From contig OZ024743.1 in NCBI GenBank assembly GCA_964016885.1, positions 67,890,001 to 67,954,000 of the forward strand: a DNA stretch of 64,000 bases, written 5' to 3'. The notes beneath the pieces are model-generated. The model was not told where the DNA came from. It did not search any database and was given only the letters and a program-made list of their open reading frames with translations. Source of the stretch: Eledone cirrhosa. Its lineage: Eukaryota. Shown in pieces: positions 15,401 to 29,917 of this stretch; position 1 is the first letter of the stretch; every line of letters begins with the position of its first letter. The translations under genes and the position numbers were made by a program.

Positions 15401-18400
15401 TGATGGTAGTCGTGGCCGTGTTAGTTGTGATATTTGTGGAGGATAATGTAGTTGTGATGGTTGTGGTGGATAATGTAGTTGTGATGGTAGTGGTGGACGT
15501 GTTATTTGTGATATTTGTGGTGGATAATATAGTTGTGATGGTAGTGGTGGCCGTGTTAGTTGTGATATTTGTGGTGGATAATGTAGTTGTGATGGTAGTC
15601 GTGGCCGTGTTAGTTGTGATATTTGTGGTGGATAATGTAGTTGTGATGGTTGTGGTGGCCGTGTTATTTGTGATATTTGTGGTGGATAATGTAGTCGTGA
15701 TGGTTGTGGTGGATAATGTAGTTGTGATGGTAGTGGTGGACGTGTTAGTTGTGATATTTGTGGTGGATAATGTAGTTGTGATTGTTGTGGTGGCCTTGTT
15801 AGTTGTGATATTTGTGGTGGAAAATGTAGTTGTAATGTTAGTGATGGCCGTGTTAGTTGTGATATTTGTGGTGGATAATGTAGTTGTGATGGTTGTGGTG
15901 GCTGTGTTAGTTGTGATATTTGTGGTGAATAATGTAGTTGTGATGGTTGTGGTGGCCGTGTTAGTTGGGATATTTGTGGTGGATAATGTAGTTGTGATGG
16001 TAGTGGTTGCTGTGTTAGTTGTGATATTTGTGGATAATATAGTTGTGATGGTAGTGGTGGCTGTGTTAGTTGTGATATTTGTGGTGGATAATGTAGTTGT
16101 GATGGTAGTGGTGGACGTGTTAGTTGTGATATTTGTGGTGGATAATGTTGTTGTGATGGTTGTGGTGGATAATGTAGCTGTGATGGTAGTGGCGGCTGTG
16201 TTAGTTGTGATATTTGTGGTGGATAATGTAGTTGTGATGGTTGTGGTGGCCGTGTTAGTTGTGATATTTGTGGTGGATAATGTAGTTGTGATGGTAGTGG
16301 ATGCTGTGTTAGTTGTGATATTTGTGGTGGATAATGTAGTTGTGATGGTAGTGGTGGCTGTGTTAGTTCTGATATTTGTGGTGGATAATGTAGTTGTGAT
16401 GGTAGTGGTGGACGTGTTAGTTGTGATATTTGTGGTAGACAATGTAGTTGTGATGGTAGTGGTGGACGTGATAGTTGTGATATTTGTGGTGGATAATGTA
16501 GTTGTGATGGTTGTGGTGGATAATGTAGTTGTGATGGTAGTGGCGGCTGTGTTATTTGTGATATTTGTGGTGGATAATGTAGTTGTGATGGTAGTGGTGG
16601 CCGTGTTAGTTGTGATATTTGTGGTGGATAATGTAGTTGTGATGGTTGTGGTGGATAATGTAGTTGTGATGTTAGTGGTGGCCCTGTTAGTTGTGATATT
16701 TGTTGTGGATAATGTAGTTGTGATGGTTGTGGTGGCCGTGTTATTTGTGATATTTGTGGTGGATAATGTAGTTGTGATGGCTGTGGTGGATAATGTAGTT
16801 GTGATGGTAGTGGTGGACGTGTTAGTTGAGATATTTGTGGTGGATAATGTAGTTGTGATTGTTGTGGTGGCCTTGTTAGTTGTGATATTTGTGGTGGATA
16901 ATGTAGTTGTAATGTTAGTGGTGGCCGTGTTAGTTGTGATATTTGTGGTGGATAATGTAGTTGTGATGGTAGTGGTGGCCGTGTTAGTTGTGATATTTTT
17001 GGTGGATAATGTAGTTGTGATGGTAGTGGTGGACGTGTTAGTTGTGATATTTGTGGTGGATAATGTAGTCGTGATTGTTGTGGTGACCGTGTTAGTTGTG
17101 ATATTTGTGGTGGATAATGTAGTTGTAATGTTAGTGGTGGCCGTGTTAGTTGTGATATTTGTGGTGGATAATGTAGTTGTGATGGTCGTGGTGGATAATG
17201 TAGTTGTGATGGTAGTGGTGGACGTGTTAGTTGTGATATTTGTGGTGGATAATGTAGTTGTGATGGTTGTGGTGGATAATGTAGTTGTGATGGTAGTGGT
17301 GGACGTGTTAGTCGTGATATTTGTGGTGGATAATGTAGTTGTGATATTTGTGGTGGATAATGTAGTTGTAATGTAGTGGTGGCCGTGTTAGTCGTGATAT
17401 TTGTGGTGGATAATGTAGTTGTGATGGTTGTGGTGGATAATGTAGTTGTGATGGTACTGGTGGCTGTGTTAGTTGTGATATTTGTGGTGGATAATGTAGT
17501 TGTGATGGTAGTGGTGGCCGTGTTAGTTGTGATATTTGTGGTGGATAATGTAGTTGTGATGTTAGTGGTGGCCGTGTTAGTTGTGATATTTGTGGTGGAT
17601 AATGTAGTTGTGATGGTAGTGGTGGATAATGTAGTTGTGATGGTAGTGGTGGCCGTGTTAGTTGTGATATTTGTGGTGGATAATGTAGTTGTGATGGTAG
17701 TGGTGGACGTGTTAGTTGTGATATTTGTGGTGGATAATGTAGTTGTGATGGTAGTGGTGGACGTGTTAGTTGTGATATTTGTGGTGGATAATGTAGTTGT
17801 GATGGTAGTGGTGGCGTGTTAGTTGTGATATTTGTGGTGGATAATGTAGTTGTGATGTTTGTGGTGGATAATGTAGTTGTGATGGTAGTGGTGGATAATG
17901 TAGTTGTTATGGTTGTGGTGGATAATTTAGTTGTGATGGTTGTGGTGGATAATGTAGTTGTGATGGTTGTGATGGACGTGTTAGTTGTGATATTTGTGGT
18001 GGATAATGTAGTTGTGATGGTTGTGGTGGATTATGTAGTTGTGATGGTAGTGGTGGACGTGTTAGTTGTGATATTTGTGGTGGATAATGTAGTTGTGATG
18101 GTTGTGGTGGCCGTGTTAGTTGTGATATTTGTGGTGGATAATGTTGTTGTGATGGTTGTGGTGGATAATGTAGTTGTGATTATAGTGGTGGCTGTGTTAG
18201 TTGTGATATTTGTGGTGGATAATTTAGTTGTGATGGTTGTGGTGGCCGTGTTAGTTGTGATATTTGTCGTGGATAATGTAGTTGTGATGGTAGTGGTTGC
18301 TGTGTTAGTTGTGATATTTGTGGTGGATAATGTAGTTGTGATGGTAGTGGTGGCTGTGTTAGTTGTGATATTTGTGGTGGATAATGTAGTTGTGATTGTA

Positions 18401-21400
18401 GTGGTGGACGTGTTAGTTGTGATATTTGTGGTGGATAATGTAGTTGTGATGGTAGTGGTGGACGTGTTAGTTGTGATATTTGTGGTGGATAATGTAGTTG
18501 TGATGGTTGTGGTGGATAATGTAGTTGTGATGGTAGTGGTGGACGTGTTATTTGTGATATTTGTGGTGGATGATATAGTTGTGATGGTAGTGGTGGCCGT
18601 GTTAGTTGTGATATTTGTGGTGGATAATGTAGTTGTGATGGTAGTCGTGGCCGTGTTAGTTGTGATATTTGTGGTGGCTAATGTAGTTGTGATGGTAGTG
18701 GTGGCCCTGTTAGTTGTGATATTTGTGGTGGATAATGTAGTTGTGATGGTTGTGTTGGCCGTGTTATTTGTGATATTTGTGGTGGATAAAGTAGTTGTGA
18801 TGGTTGTGGTGGATAATGTAGTTGTGATGGTAGTGGTGGACGTGTTAGTTGTGATATTTGTGGTGGATAATGTAGTTGTGATCGTAGTGGTGGCCGTGTT
18901 AGTTGTGATATTTGTGGTGGATAATGTAGTTGTAATGTTAGTGGTGGCCGTGTTTGTTGTGATATTTGTGGTGGATAATGTAGTTGTGATGGTTGTGGTG
19001 GATAATGTAGTTGTGATGATAGTGGTGGACGTGTTAGTTGTGATATTTGTGGTGGATAATGTAGTTGTGATTGTAGTGGTGGCCGTGTTAGTTGTGATAT
19101 TTGTGGTGGATAATGTAGTTGTGATTGTAGTGGTGGCCGTGTCATCTGTGATATTTGTGGTGGATAATGTAGTTGTGATGGTAGTGGTGGCCGTGTTAGT
19201 TGTGATATTTGTGGTGGATAATGTAGTTGTGATGGTAGTGGTGGATACTGTAGTTGTGATGGTTGTGGTGGACGTGTTAGTTGTGATATTTGTGGTGGAT
19301 AATGTAGTTGTGATTGTAGTGGTGGCCTTGTTAGTTGTGATATTTGTGGTGGATAATGTAGTTGTGATGGTAGTGGTGGCCGTGTTAGTTGTGATATTTG
19401 TGGTGGATAATGTAGTTGTGATGGTTGTGGTGGCCGTTTTATTTGTGATATTTGTGGTGGATAATGTAGTTGTGATGGTAGTGGTGGACGTGTTAGTTGT
19501 GATATTTGTTGTGGATAATGTAGTTGTGATGGTAGTGCTGGCCGTGTTAGTTGTGATATTTGTGGTGGATAATGTTGTTGTGATGGTTGTGGTGGATAAT
19601 GTAGTTGTGATGGTAGTGGTGGCTGTGTTAGTTGTGATATTTGTGGTGGATAATGTAGTTGTGATGGTAGAGGTGGTGGACGTGTTAGTTGTGATATTTG
19701 TGGTGGATAATGTTGTTGTGATGGTAGTGGTGGCTGTGTTAGTTGTGATATTTGTGGTGGATAATGTAGTTGTGATGTTTGTGGTGGCCGTGTTAGTTGT
19801 GGTATTTGTGGTGGATAATGTAGTTGTGATGGTAGTGGTGGCTGTGTTAGTTGTGATATTTGTGGTGGATAATGTAGTTGTGATGGTAGTGGTGGCTGTG
19901 TTAGTTGTGATATTTGTGGTGGATAATGTAGTTGTGTTGGTAGTGGTGGACGTGTTAGTTGTGATATTTGTGGTGTATAATGTAGTTGTGATGGTTGTGG
20001 TGGATAATGTAGTTGTGATGGTAGTGGTGGACGTGTTATTTGTGATATTTGTGGTGGATAATGTAGCTGTGATGGTAGTGGTGGCCGTGTAAGTTGTGAT
20101 ATTTGTGGTGGATAATGTAGTTGTGATGGTAGTCGTGGCCGTGTTAGTTGTGATATTTATGGAGGATAATGTAGTTGTGATGGTAGTGGTGGACGTGTTA
20201 TTTGTGATATTTGTGGTGGATAATATAGTTGTGATGGTAGTGGTGGCCGTGTTAGTTGTGATATTTGTGGTGGATAATGTAGTTGTGATGGTAGTGGTGG
20301 CCGTGTTAGTTGTGATATTTGTGGTGGATAATGTAGTTGTGATGGTAGTGTTGGACGTGTTAGTTGTGATATTTGTGGTGGATAATGTTGTTGTGATGGT
20401 TGTGGTGGATAATGTAGCTGTGATGGTAGTGGTGGCTGTGTTAGTTGTGATATTTGTGGTGGATAATGTAGTTGTGATGGTTGTGGTGGCCGTGTTAGTT
20501 GTGATATTTGTGGTGGATAATGTAGTTGTGATGGTAGTGGATGCTGTGATAGTTGTGATATTTGTGGTGGATAATGTAGTTGTGATGGTAGTGGTGGCTG
20601 TGTTAGTTCTGATATTTGTGGTGGATAATTTAGTTGTGATGGTAGTGGTGGACGTGTTAGTTGTGATATTTGTGGTGGACAATGTAGTTGTGATGGTAGT
20701 GGTGGACGTGATAGTTGTGATATTTGTGGTGGATAATGTAGTTGTGATGGTTGTGGTGGATAATGTAGTTGTGATGGTAGTGGTGGACGTGTTATTTGTG
20801 ATATTTGTGGTGGATAATGTAGTTGTGATGGTAGTGGTGGCCGTGTTAGTTGTGATATTTGTGGTGGATAATGTAGTTGTGATGGTAGTCGTGGCCGTGT
20901 TAGTTGTGATATTTGTGGTGGATAATGCAGTTGTGATGGATAATGTAGTTGTGATGGTAGTGGTGGCCCTGTTAGTTGTGATATTTGTGGTGGATAATGT
21001 AGTTGTGATGGTTGTGGTGGCCGTGTTATTTGTGATATTTGTGGTGGATAATGTAGTTGTGATGGCTGTGGTGGATTATGTAGTTGTGATGGTAGTGGTG
21101 GACGTGTTAGTTGAGATATTTGTGGTGGATAATGTAGTTGTGATTGTTGTGGTGGCCTTGTTAGTTGTGATATTTGTGGTGGATAATGTAGTTGTAATGT
21201 TAGTGGTGGCCGTGTTAGTTGTGATATTTGTGGTGGATAATGTAGTTGTGATGGTAGTGGTGGCCGTGTTAGTTGTGATATTTGTGGTGGATAATGTAGT
21301 TGTGATGGTAGTGGTGGACGTGTTAGTTGTGATATTTGTGGTGGATAATGTAGTTGTGATTGTTGTGGTGGCCGTGTTAGTTGTGATATTTGTGGTGGAT

Positions 21401-24400
21401 AATGTAGTTGTAATGTTAGTGGTGCCCGTGTTAGTTGTGATATTTGTGGTGGATAATGTAGTTGTGATGGTCGTGGTGGATAATGTAGTTGTGATGGTAG
21501 TGGTGGGACGTGTTAGTTGTGATATTTGTGGTGGATAATGTAGTTGTGATGGTTGTGGTGGATAATGTAGTTGTGATGGTAGTGGTGGACGTGTTAGTCG
21601 TGATATTTGTGGTGGATAATGTAGTTGTGATATTTGTGGTGGATAATGTAGTTGTAATATTAGTGGTGGCCGTGTTAGTCGTGATATTTGTGGTGGATAA
21701 TGTAGTTGTGATGGTTGTGGTGGATAATGTAGTTGTGATGGGAGTGGTGGACTTGTTAGTTGTGATATTTGTGGTGGATAATGTAGTTGTGATTGTAGTG
21801 GTGGCCGTGTTAGTTGTGATATTTGTGGTGGATAATGTAGTTGTGATGGTAGTGGTGGCTGTGTTAGTTGTGATATTTGTGGTGGATAATGTAGTTGTGA
21901 TGGTAGTGGTGGCCGTGTTAGTTGTGATATTTGTGGTGGATAATGTAGTTGTAATGTTAGTGGTGCCCGTGTTAGTTGTGATATTTGTGGTGGATAATGT
22001 AGTTGTGATGGTCGTGGTGGATAATGTAGTTGTGATGGTAGTGGTGGGACGTGTTAGTTGTGATATTTGTGGTGGATAATGTAGTTGTGATGGTTGTGGT
22101 GGATAATGTAGTTGTGATGGTAGTGGTGGACGTGTTAGTCGTGATATTTGTGGTGGATAATGTAGTTGTGATATTTGTGGTGGATAATGTAGTTGTAATG
22201 TTAGTGGTGGCCGTGTTAGTCGTGATATTTGTGGTGGATAATGTAGTTGTGATGGTTGTGGTGGATAATGTAGTTGTGATGGGAGTGGTGGACTTGTTAG
22301 TTGTGATATTTGTGGTGGATAATGTAGTTGTGATTGTAGTGGTGGCCGTGTTAGTTGTGATATTTGTGGTGGATAATGTAGTTGTGATGGTAGTGGTGGC
22401 TGTGTTAGTTGTGATATTTGTGGTGGATAATGTAGTTGTGATGGTAGTGGTGGCCGTGTTAGTTGTGATATTTGTGGTGGATAATGTAGTTGTGATGTTA
22501 GTGGTGGCCGTGTTAGTTGTGATATTTGTGGTGGATAATGTAGTTGTGATGGTAGTGGTGGATAATGTAGTTGTGATGGTAGTGGTGGCCGTGTTAGTTG
22601 TGATATTTGTAGTGGATAATGTAGTTGTGATGGTAGTGGTGGACGTGTTAGTTGTGATATTTGTGGTGGATAATGTAGTTGTGATGGTAGTGGTGGACGT
22701 GTTAGTTGTGATATTTGTGGTGGATAATGTAGTTGTGATGGTAGTGGTGGCGTGTTAGTTGTGATATTTGTGGTGGATAATGTAGTTGTGATGGTTGTGG
22801 TGGATAATGTAGTTGTGATGGTAGTGGTGGATAATGTAGTTGTTATGGTTGTGGTGGATAATTTAGTTGTGATGGTTGTGGTGGATAATGTAGTTGTGAT
22901 GGTTGTGGTGGACGTGTTAGTTGTGATATTTTTGGTGGATAATGTAGTTGTGATGGTTGTGGTGGATTATGTAGTTGTGATGGTAGTGGTGGACGTGTTA
23001 GTTGTGATATTTGTGGTGGATAATGTAGTTGTGATGGTTGTGGTGGCCGTGTTAGTTGTGATATTTGTCGTGGATAATGTAGTTGTGATGGTAGTGGTTG
23101 CTGTGTTAGTTGTGATATTTGTGGTGGATAATGTAGTTGTGATGGTAGTGGTGGCTGTGTTAGTTGTGATATTTGTGGTGGATAATGTAGTTGTGATGGT
23201 AGTGGTGGACGTGTTAGTTGTGATATTTGTGGTGGATAATGTAGTTGTGATGGTAGTGGTGGACGTGTTAGTTGTGATATTTGTGGTGGATAATGTAGTT
23301 GTGATGGTTGTGGTGGATAATGTAGTTGTGATGGTAGTGGTGGACGTGTTATTTGTGATATTTGTGGTGGATGATATAGTTGTGATGGTAGTGGTGGCCG
23401 TGTTAGTTGTGATATTTGTGGTGGATAATGTAGTTGTGATGGTAGTCGTGGCCGTGTTAGTTGTGATATTTGTGGTGGATAATGTAGTTGTGATGGTAGT
23501 GGTGGCCCTGTTAGTTGTGATATTTCTGGTGGATAATGTATTTGTGATGGTTGTGGTGGCCGTGTTATTTGTGATATTTGTGGTGGATAAAGTAGTTGTG
23601 ATGGTTGTGGTGGATAATGTAGTTGTGATGGTAGTGGTGGACGTGTTAGTTGTGATATTTGTGGTGGATAATGTAGTTGTGATTGTTGTGGTGGCCTTGT
23701 TAGTTGTTATATTTGTGGTGGATAATGTAGTTGTAATGTTAGTGGTGGCCGTGTTAGTTGTGATATTTGTGGTGGATAATGTAGTTGTGATGGTTGTGGT
23801 GGATAATGTAGTTGTGATGGTAGTGGTGGACGTGTTAGTTGTGATATTTGTGGTGGATAATGTAGTTGTGATTTTAGTGGTGGCCGTGTTAGTTGGGATA
23901 TTTTTGGTGGATAATGTAGTTGTAATGTTAGTGGTGGCCGTGTTTGTTGTGATATTTGTGGTGGATAATGTAGTTGTGATGGTTGTGGTCGATAATGTAG
24001 TTGTGATGATAGTGGTGGACGTGTTAGTTGTGATATTTGTGGTGGATAATGTTGTTGTGATTGTAGTGGTGGCCGTGTTAGTTGTGATATTTGTGGTGGA
24101 TAATGTAGTTGTGATTGTAGTGGTGGCCGTGTCATCTGTGATATTTGTGGTGGATAATGTAGTTGTAATGGTAGTGGTGGCCGTGTTAGTTGTGATATTT
24201 GTGGTGGATAATGTAGTTGTGATGGTAGTGGTGGATAATGTAGTTGTGATGGTAGTGGTGGACGTGTTAGTTGTGATATTTGTGGTGGATAATGTAGTTG
24301 TGATTGTAGTGGTGGCCTTGTTAGTTGTGATATTTGTGGTGGATAATGTAGTTGTGATCGTAGTGGTGGCCGTGTTAGTTGTGATATTTGTGGTGGATAA

Positions 24401-27400
24401 TGTAGTTGTGATGGTTGTGGTGGCCGTTTTATTTGTGATATTTGTGGTGGATAATGTAGTTGTGATGGTAGTGGTGGACGTGTTAGTTGTGATATTTGTT
24501 GTGGATAATGTAGTTGTGATGGTAGTGCTGGCCGTGTTAGTTGTGATATTTGTGGTGGATAATGTTGTTGTGATGGTTGTGGTGGATAATGTAGTTGTGA
24601 TGGTAGTGGTGGCTGTGTTAGTTGTGATATTTGTGGTGGATAATGTAGTTGTGATGGTAGAGGTGGTGGACGTGTTAGTTGTGATATTTGTGGTGGATAA
24701 TGTTGTTGTGATGGTAGTGGTGGCTGTGTTAGTTGTGATATTTGTGGTGGATAATGTAGTTGTGATGTTTGTGGTGGCCGTGTTAGTTGTGATATTTGTG
24801 GTGGATAATGTAGTTGTGATGGTAGTGGTGGCTGTGTTAGTTGTGATATTTGTGGTGGATAATGTAGTTGTGATGGTAGTGGTGGCTGTGTTAGTTGTGA
24901 TATTTGTGGTGGATAATGTAGTTGTGTTGGTAGTGGTGGACGTGTTAGTTGTGATATTTGTGGTGTATAATGTAGTTGTGATGGTTGTGGTGGATAATGT
25001 AGTTGTGATGGTAGTGGTGGACGTGTTATTTGTGATATTTGTGGTGGATAATGTAGTTGTGATGGTAGTGGTGGCCGTGTTAGTTGTGATATTTGTGGTG
25101 GATAATGTAGTTGTGATGGTAGTCGTGGCCTTGTTAGTTGTGATATTTGTGGTGGATAATGTAGTTGTGATGGTAGTGGTGGCCCTGTTAGTTGTGATAT
25201 TTGTGGTGGATAATGTAGTTGTGATGGTTGTGGTGGCCGTGTTATTTGTGATATTTGTGGTGGATATAGTAGTTGTGATGGCTGTGGTGGATAATGTAGT
25301 TGTGATGGTAGTGGTGGACGTGTTAGTTGTGATATTTGTGGTGGATAATGTAGTTGTGATTGTTGTGGTGGCCTTGTTAGTTGTGATATTTGTGGTGGAT
25401 AATGTAGTTCTAATGTTAGTGGTGGCCGTGTTAGTTGTGATATTTGTGGTGGATAATGTAGTTCTAATGTTAGTGGTGGCCGTGTTAGTTGTGATATTTG
25501 TGGTGGATAATGTAGTTGTGATGGTTGTGGTGGATAATGTAGTTGTGATGGTTGTGGTGGATAATGTAGTTGTGATGGTAGTGGTGGACGTGTTAGTTGT
25601 GATATTTGTGGTGGATAATGTAGTTGTGATTGTAGTGGTGGCCGTGTTAGTTGTGATATTTGTGGTGGATAATGTAGTTGTGATGGTAGTCGTGGCCGTG
25701 TTAGTTGTGATATTTGTGGTGGATAATGTAGTTGTGATGGTAGTGGTGGCCCTGTTAGTTGTGATATTTGTGGTGGATAATGTAGTTGTGATGGTTGTGG
25801 TGGCCGTGTTATTTGTGATAGTTGTGGTGGATAAAGTAGTTGTGATGGTTGTGGTGGATAATGTAGTTGTGATGGTAGTGGTGGACGTGTTAGTTGTGAT
25901 ATTTGTGGTGGATAATGTAGTTGTGATTGTTGTGGTGGCCTTGTTAGTTGTGATAGTTGTGGTGGATAATGTAGTTGTAATGTTAGTGGTGGCCGTGTTA
26001 GTTGTGATATTTGTGGTGGATAATGTAGTTGTGATGGTTGTGGTGGATAATGTAGTTGTGATGGTTGTGGTGGCCGTGTTATTTGTGATATTTGTGGTGG
26101 ATAAAGTAGTTGTGATGGTTGTGGTGGATAATGTAGTTGTGATGGTAGTGGTGGACGTGTTAGTTGTGATATTTGTGGTGGATAATGTAGTTGTGATTTT
26201 AGTGGTGGCCGTGTTAGTTGGGATATTTTTGGTGGATAATGTAGTTGTAATGTTAGTGGTGGCCGTGTTTGTTGTGATATTTGTGGTGGATAATGTAGTT
26301 GTGATGGTTGTGGTCGATAATGTATTTGTGATGATAGTGGTGGACGTGTTAGTTGTGATATTTGTGGTGGATAATGTTGTTGTGATTGTAGTGGTGGGCG
26401 TGTTAGTTGTGATATTTGTGGTGGATAATGTAGTTGTGATTGTAGTGGTGGCCGTGTCATCTGTGATATTTGTGGTGGATAATGTAGTTGTAATGGTAGT
26501 GGTGGCCGTGTTAGTTGTGATATTTGTGGTGGATAATGTAGTTGTGATGGTAGTGGTGGATAATGTAGTTGTGATGGTAGTGGTGGACGTGTTAGTTGTG
26601 ATATTTGTGGTGGATAATGTAGTTGTGATTGTAGTGGTGGCCTTGTTAGTTGTGATATTTGTGGTGGATAATGTAGTTGTGATCGTAGTGGTGGCCGTGC
26701 TAGTTGTGATATTTGTGGTGGATAATGTAGTTGTGATGGTTGTGGTGGCCGTTTTATTTGTGATATTTGTGGTGGATAATGTAGTTGTGATGGTAGTGGT
26801 GGACGTGTTAGTTGTGATATTTGTTGTGGATAATGTAGTTGTGATGGTAGTGGTGGCTGTGTTAGTTGTGATATTTGTGGTGGATAATGTAGTTGTGATG
26901 GTAGAGGTGGTGGACGTGTTAGTTGTGATATTTGTGGTGGATAATGTTGTTGTGATGGTAGTGGTGGCTGTGTTAGTTGTGATATTTGTGGTGGATAATG
27001 TAGTTGTGATGTTTGTGGTGGCCGTGTTAGTTGTGATATTTGTGGTGGATAATGTAGTTGTGATGGTAGTGGTGGCTGTGTTAGTTGTGATATTTGTGGT
27101 GGATAATGTAGTTGTGATGGTAGTGGTGGCTGTGTTAGTTGTGATATTTGTGGTGGATAATGTAGTTGTGTTGGTAGTGGTGGACGTGTTAGTTGTGATA
27201 TTTGTGGTGTATAATGTAGTTGTGATGGTTGTGGTGGATAATGTAGTTGTGATGGTAGTGGTGGACGTGTTATTTGTGATATTTGTGGTGGATAATGTAG
27301 TTGTGATGGTAGTGGTGGCCGTGTTAGTTGTGATATTTGTGGTGGATAATGTAGTTGTGATGGTAGTGGTGGCCCTGTTAGTTGTGATATTTGTGGTGGA

Positions 27401-29917
27401 TAATGTAGTTGTGATGGTTGTGGTGGCCGTGTTATTTGTGATATTTGTGGTGGATATAGTAGTTGTGATGGTTGTGGTGGATAATGTAGTTGTGATGGTA
27501 GTGGTGGACGTGTTAGTTGTGATATTTGTGGTGGATAATGTAGTTGTGATTGTTGTGGTGGCCTTGTTAGTTGTGATATTTGTGGTGGATAATGTAGTTC
27601 TAATGTTAGTGGTGGCCGTGTTAGTTGTGATATTTGTGGTGGATAATGTAGTTGTGATGGTTGTGGTGGATAATGTAGTTGTGATGGTAGTGGTGGACGT
27701 GTTAGTTGTGATATTTGTGGTGGATAATGTAGTTGTGATTGTAGTGGTGGCCGTGTTAGTTGTGATATTTGTGGTGGATAATGTAGTTGTAATGTTAGTG
27801 GTGGCCGTGTTTGTTGTGATATTTGTGGTGGATAATGTAGTTGTGATGGTTGTGGTGGATAATGTAGTTGTGATGATAGTGGTGGACGTGTTAGTTGTGA
27901 TATTTGCGGTGGATAATGTAGTTGTGATTGTAGTGGTGGCCTTGTTAGTTGTGATATTTGTGGTGGATAATGTAGTTGTGATGGTAGTGGTGGCCGTGTT
28001 AGTTGTGATATTTGTGGTGGATAATGTAGTTGTGATGGTTGTGGTGGCCGTTTTATTTGTGATATTTGTGGTGGATAATGTAGTTGTGATGGTAGTGGTG
28101 GACATGTTAGTTGTGATATTTGTGGTGGATAATGTAGTTGTGATGGTAGTGCTGGCCGTGTTAGTTGTGATATTTGTGGTGGATAATGTTGTTGTGATGG
28201 TTGTGGTGGATAATGTAGTTGTGATGGTAGTGGTGGCTGTGTTAGTTGTGATATTTGTGGTGGATAATGTAGTTGTGATGGTAGTGGTGGTGGACGTGTT
28301 AGTTGTGATATTTGTGGTGGATAATGTTGTTGTGGTGGTTGTGGTGGATTATGTAGTTGTGATGGTAGTGGTGGCTGTGTTAGTTGTGATATTTGTGGTG
28401 GATAATGTAGTTGTGATGGTAGTGGTGGCTGTGTTAGTTGTGATATTTGTGGTGGATAATGTAGTTGTGATGGTAGTGGTGGACGTGTTAGTTGTGATAT
28501 TTGTGGTGGATAATGTAGTTGTGATGGTAGTGGTGGATAATGTAGTTGTGATGGTAGTGGTGGCTGTGTTAGTTGTGATATTTGTGGTGGATAATGTAGT
28601 TGTGATGTTTGTGGTGGCCGTGTTAGTTGTGATATTTGTGGTGGATAATGTAGTTGTGATTGTAGTGGTGGCTTTGTTAGTTGTGATATTTGTGGTGGAT
28701 AATGTAGTTGTGATCGTAGTGGTGGCCGTGTTAGTTGTGATATTTGTGGTGGATAATGTAGTTGTGATGGTTGTGGTGGCCGTTTTATTTGTGATATTTG
28801 TGGTGGATAATGTAGTTGTGATGGTAGTGGTGGACGTGTTAGTTCTGATATTTGTGGTGGATAATGTAGTTGTGATGGTTGTGGTGGATAATGTAGTTGT
28901 GATGGTGGTGGTGGACGTGTTATTTGTGATATTTGTGGTGGATAATGTAGTTGTGATGGTAGTGGTGGACGTGTTAGTTGTGATATATGTGGTGGATAAT
29001 GTAGTTGTGATTGTTGTGGTGGCCGTGTTAGTTGTGATATTTGTGGTGGATAATGTAGTTGTGATGGTAGTGGTGGACGTGTTAGTTGTGATATTTGTGG
29101 TGGATAATGTAGTTATGATGGTTGTAGTGGATAATGTAGTTGTGATGGTAGTGGTGGACGTGTTAGTTGTGATATTTGTGGTGGATAATGTAGTTGTGAT
29201 TGTTGTGGTGGCCGTGTTAGTTGTGATATTTGTGGTGGATAATGTAGTTGTAATGTTAGTGGTGGCCGTGTTAGTTGTGATGTTTGTGGTGGATAATATA
29301 GTTGTGATGGTTGTGGTGGATAATGTAGTTGTGATGGTAGTGGTGGACGTGTTAGTTGTGATATTTGTGGTGGATAATGTAGTTGTGATTGTAGTGGTGG
29401 CCGTGTTAGTTGTGATATTTGTGGTGGATAATGTAGTTGTGATGGTTGTGGTGGATAATGTAGTTGTGATGGTAGTGGTGGACGTGTTAGTTGTGATATT
29501 TGTGGTGGATAATGTAGTTGTGATTGTAGTGGTGGCCGTGTTAGTTGTGATATTTTTGGTGGATAATGTAGTTGTGATTGTTGTGGTGGCCGTGTTAGTT
29601 GTGATATTTGTGGTGGATAATGTAGTTGTAATATTAGTGGTGGCCGTGTTAGTTGTGATATTTGTGGTGGATAATGTAGTTGTGATGGTTGTGGTGGATA
29701 ATGTAGTTGTGATGGTAGTGGTGGACGTGTTAGTTGTGATATTTGTGGTGGATAATGTAGTTGTGATGGTAGAGGTGGTGGACGTGTTAGTTGTGATATT
29801 TGTGGTGGATAATGTTGTTGTGATGGTAGTGGTGGCTGTGTTAGTTGTGATATTTGTGGTGGATAATGTAGTTGTGATGTTTGTGGTGGCCGTGTTAGTT
29901 GTGATATTTGTGGTGGA

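Larger units (their letters stand above)
1..29148. repeat. 14,987-bp higher-order tandem duplication within the array (copies ~1-14240 and ~14988-29148)
   Basis: ORF breakpoints recur at exactly +14987: 2389/17376, 2829/17816, 5109/20096, 6523/21510, 7064/22051, 7765/22752. The offset becomes 14906 after an 81-bp deletion near 26850 (13199/28105). Confidence 0.95.
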
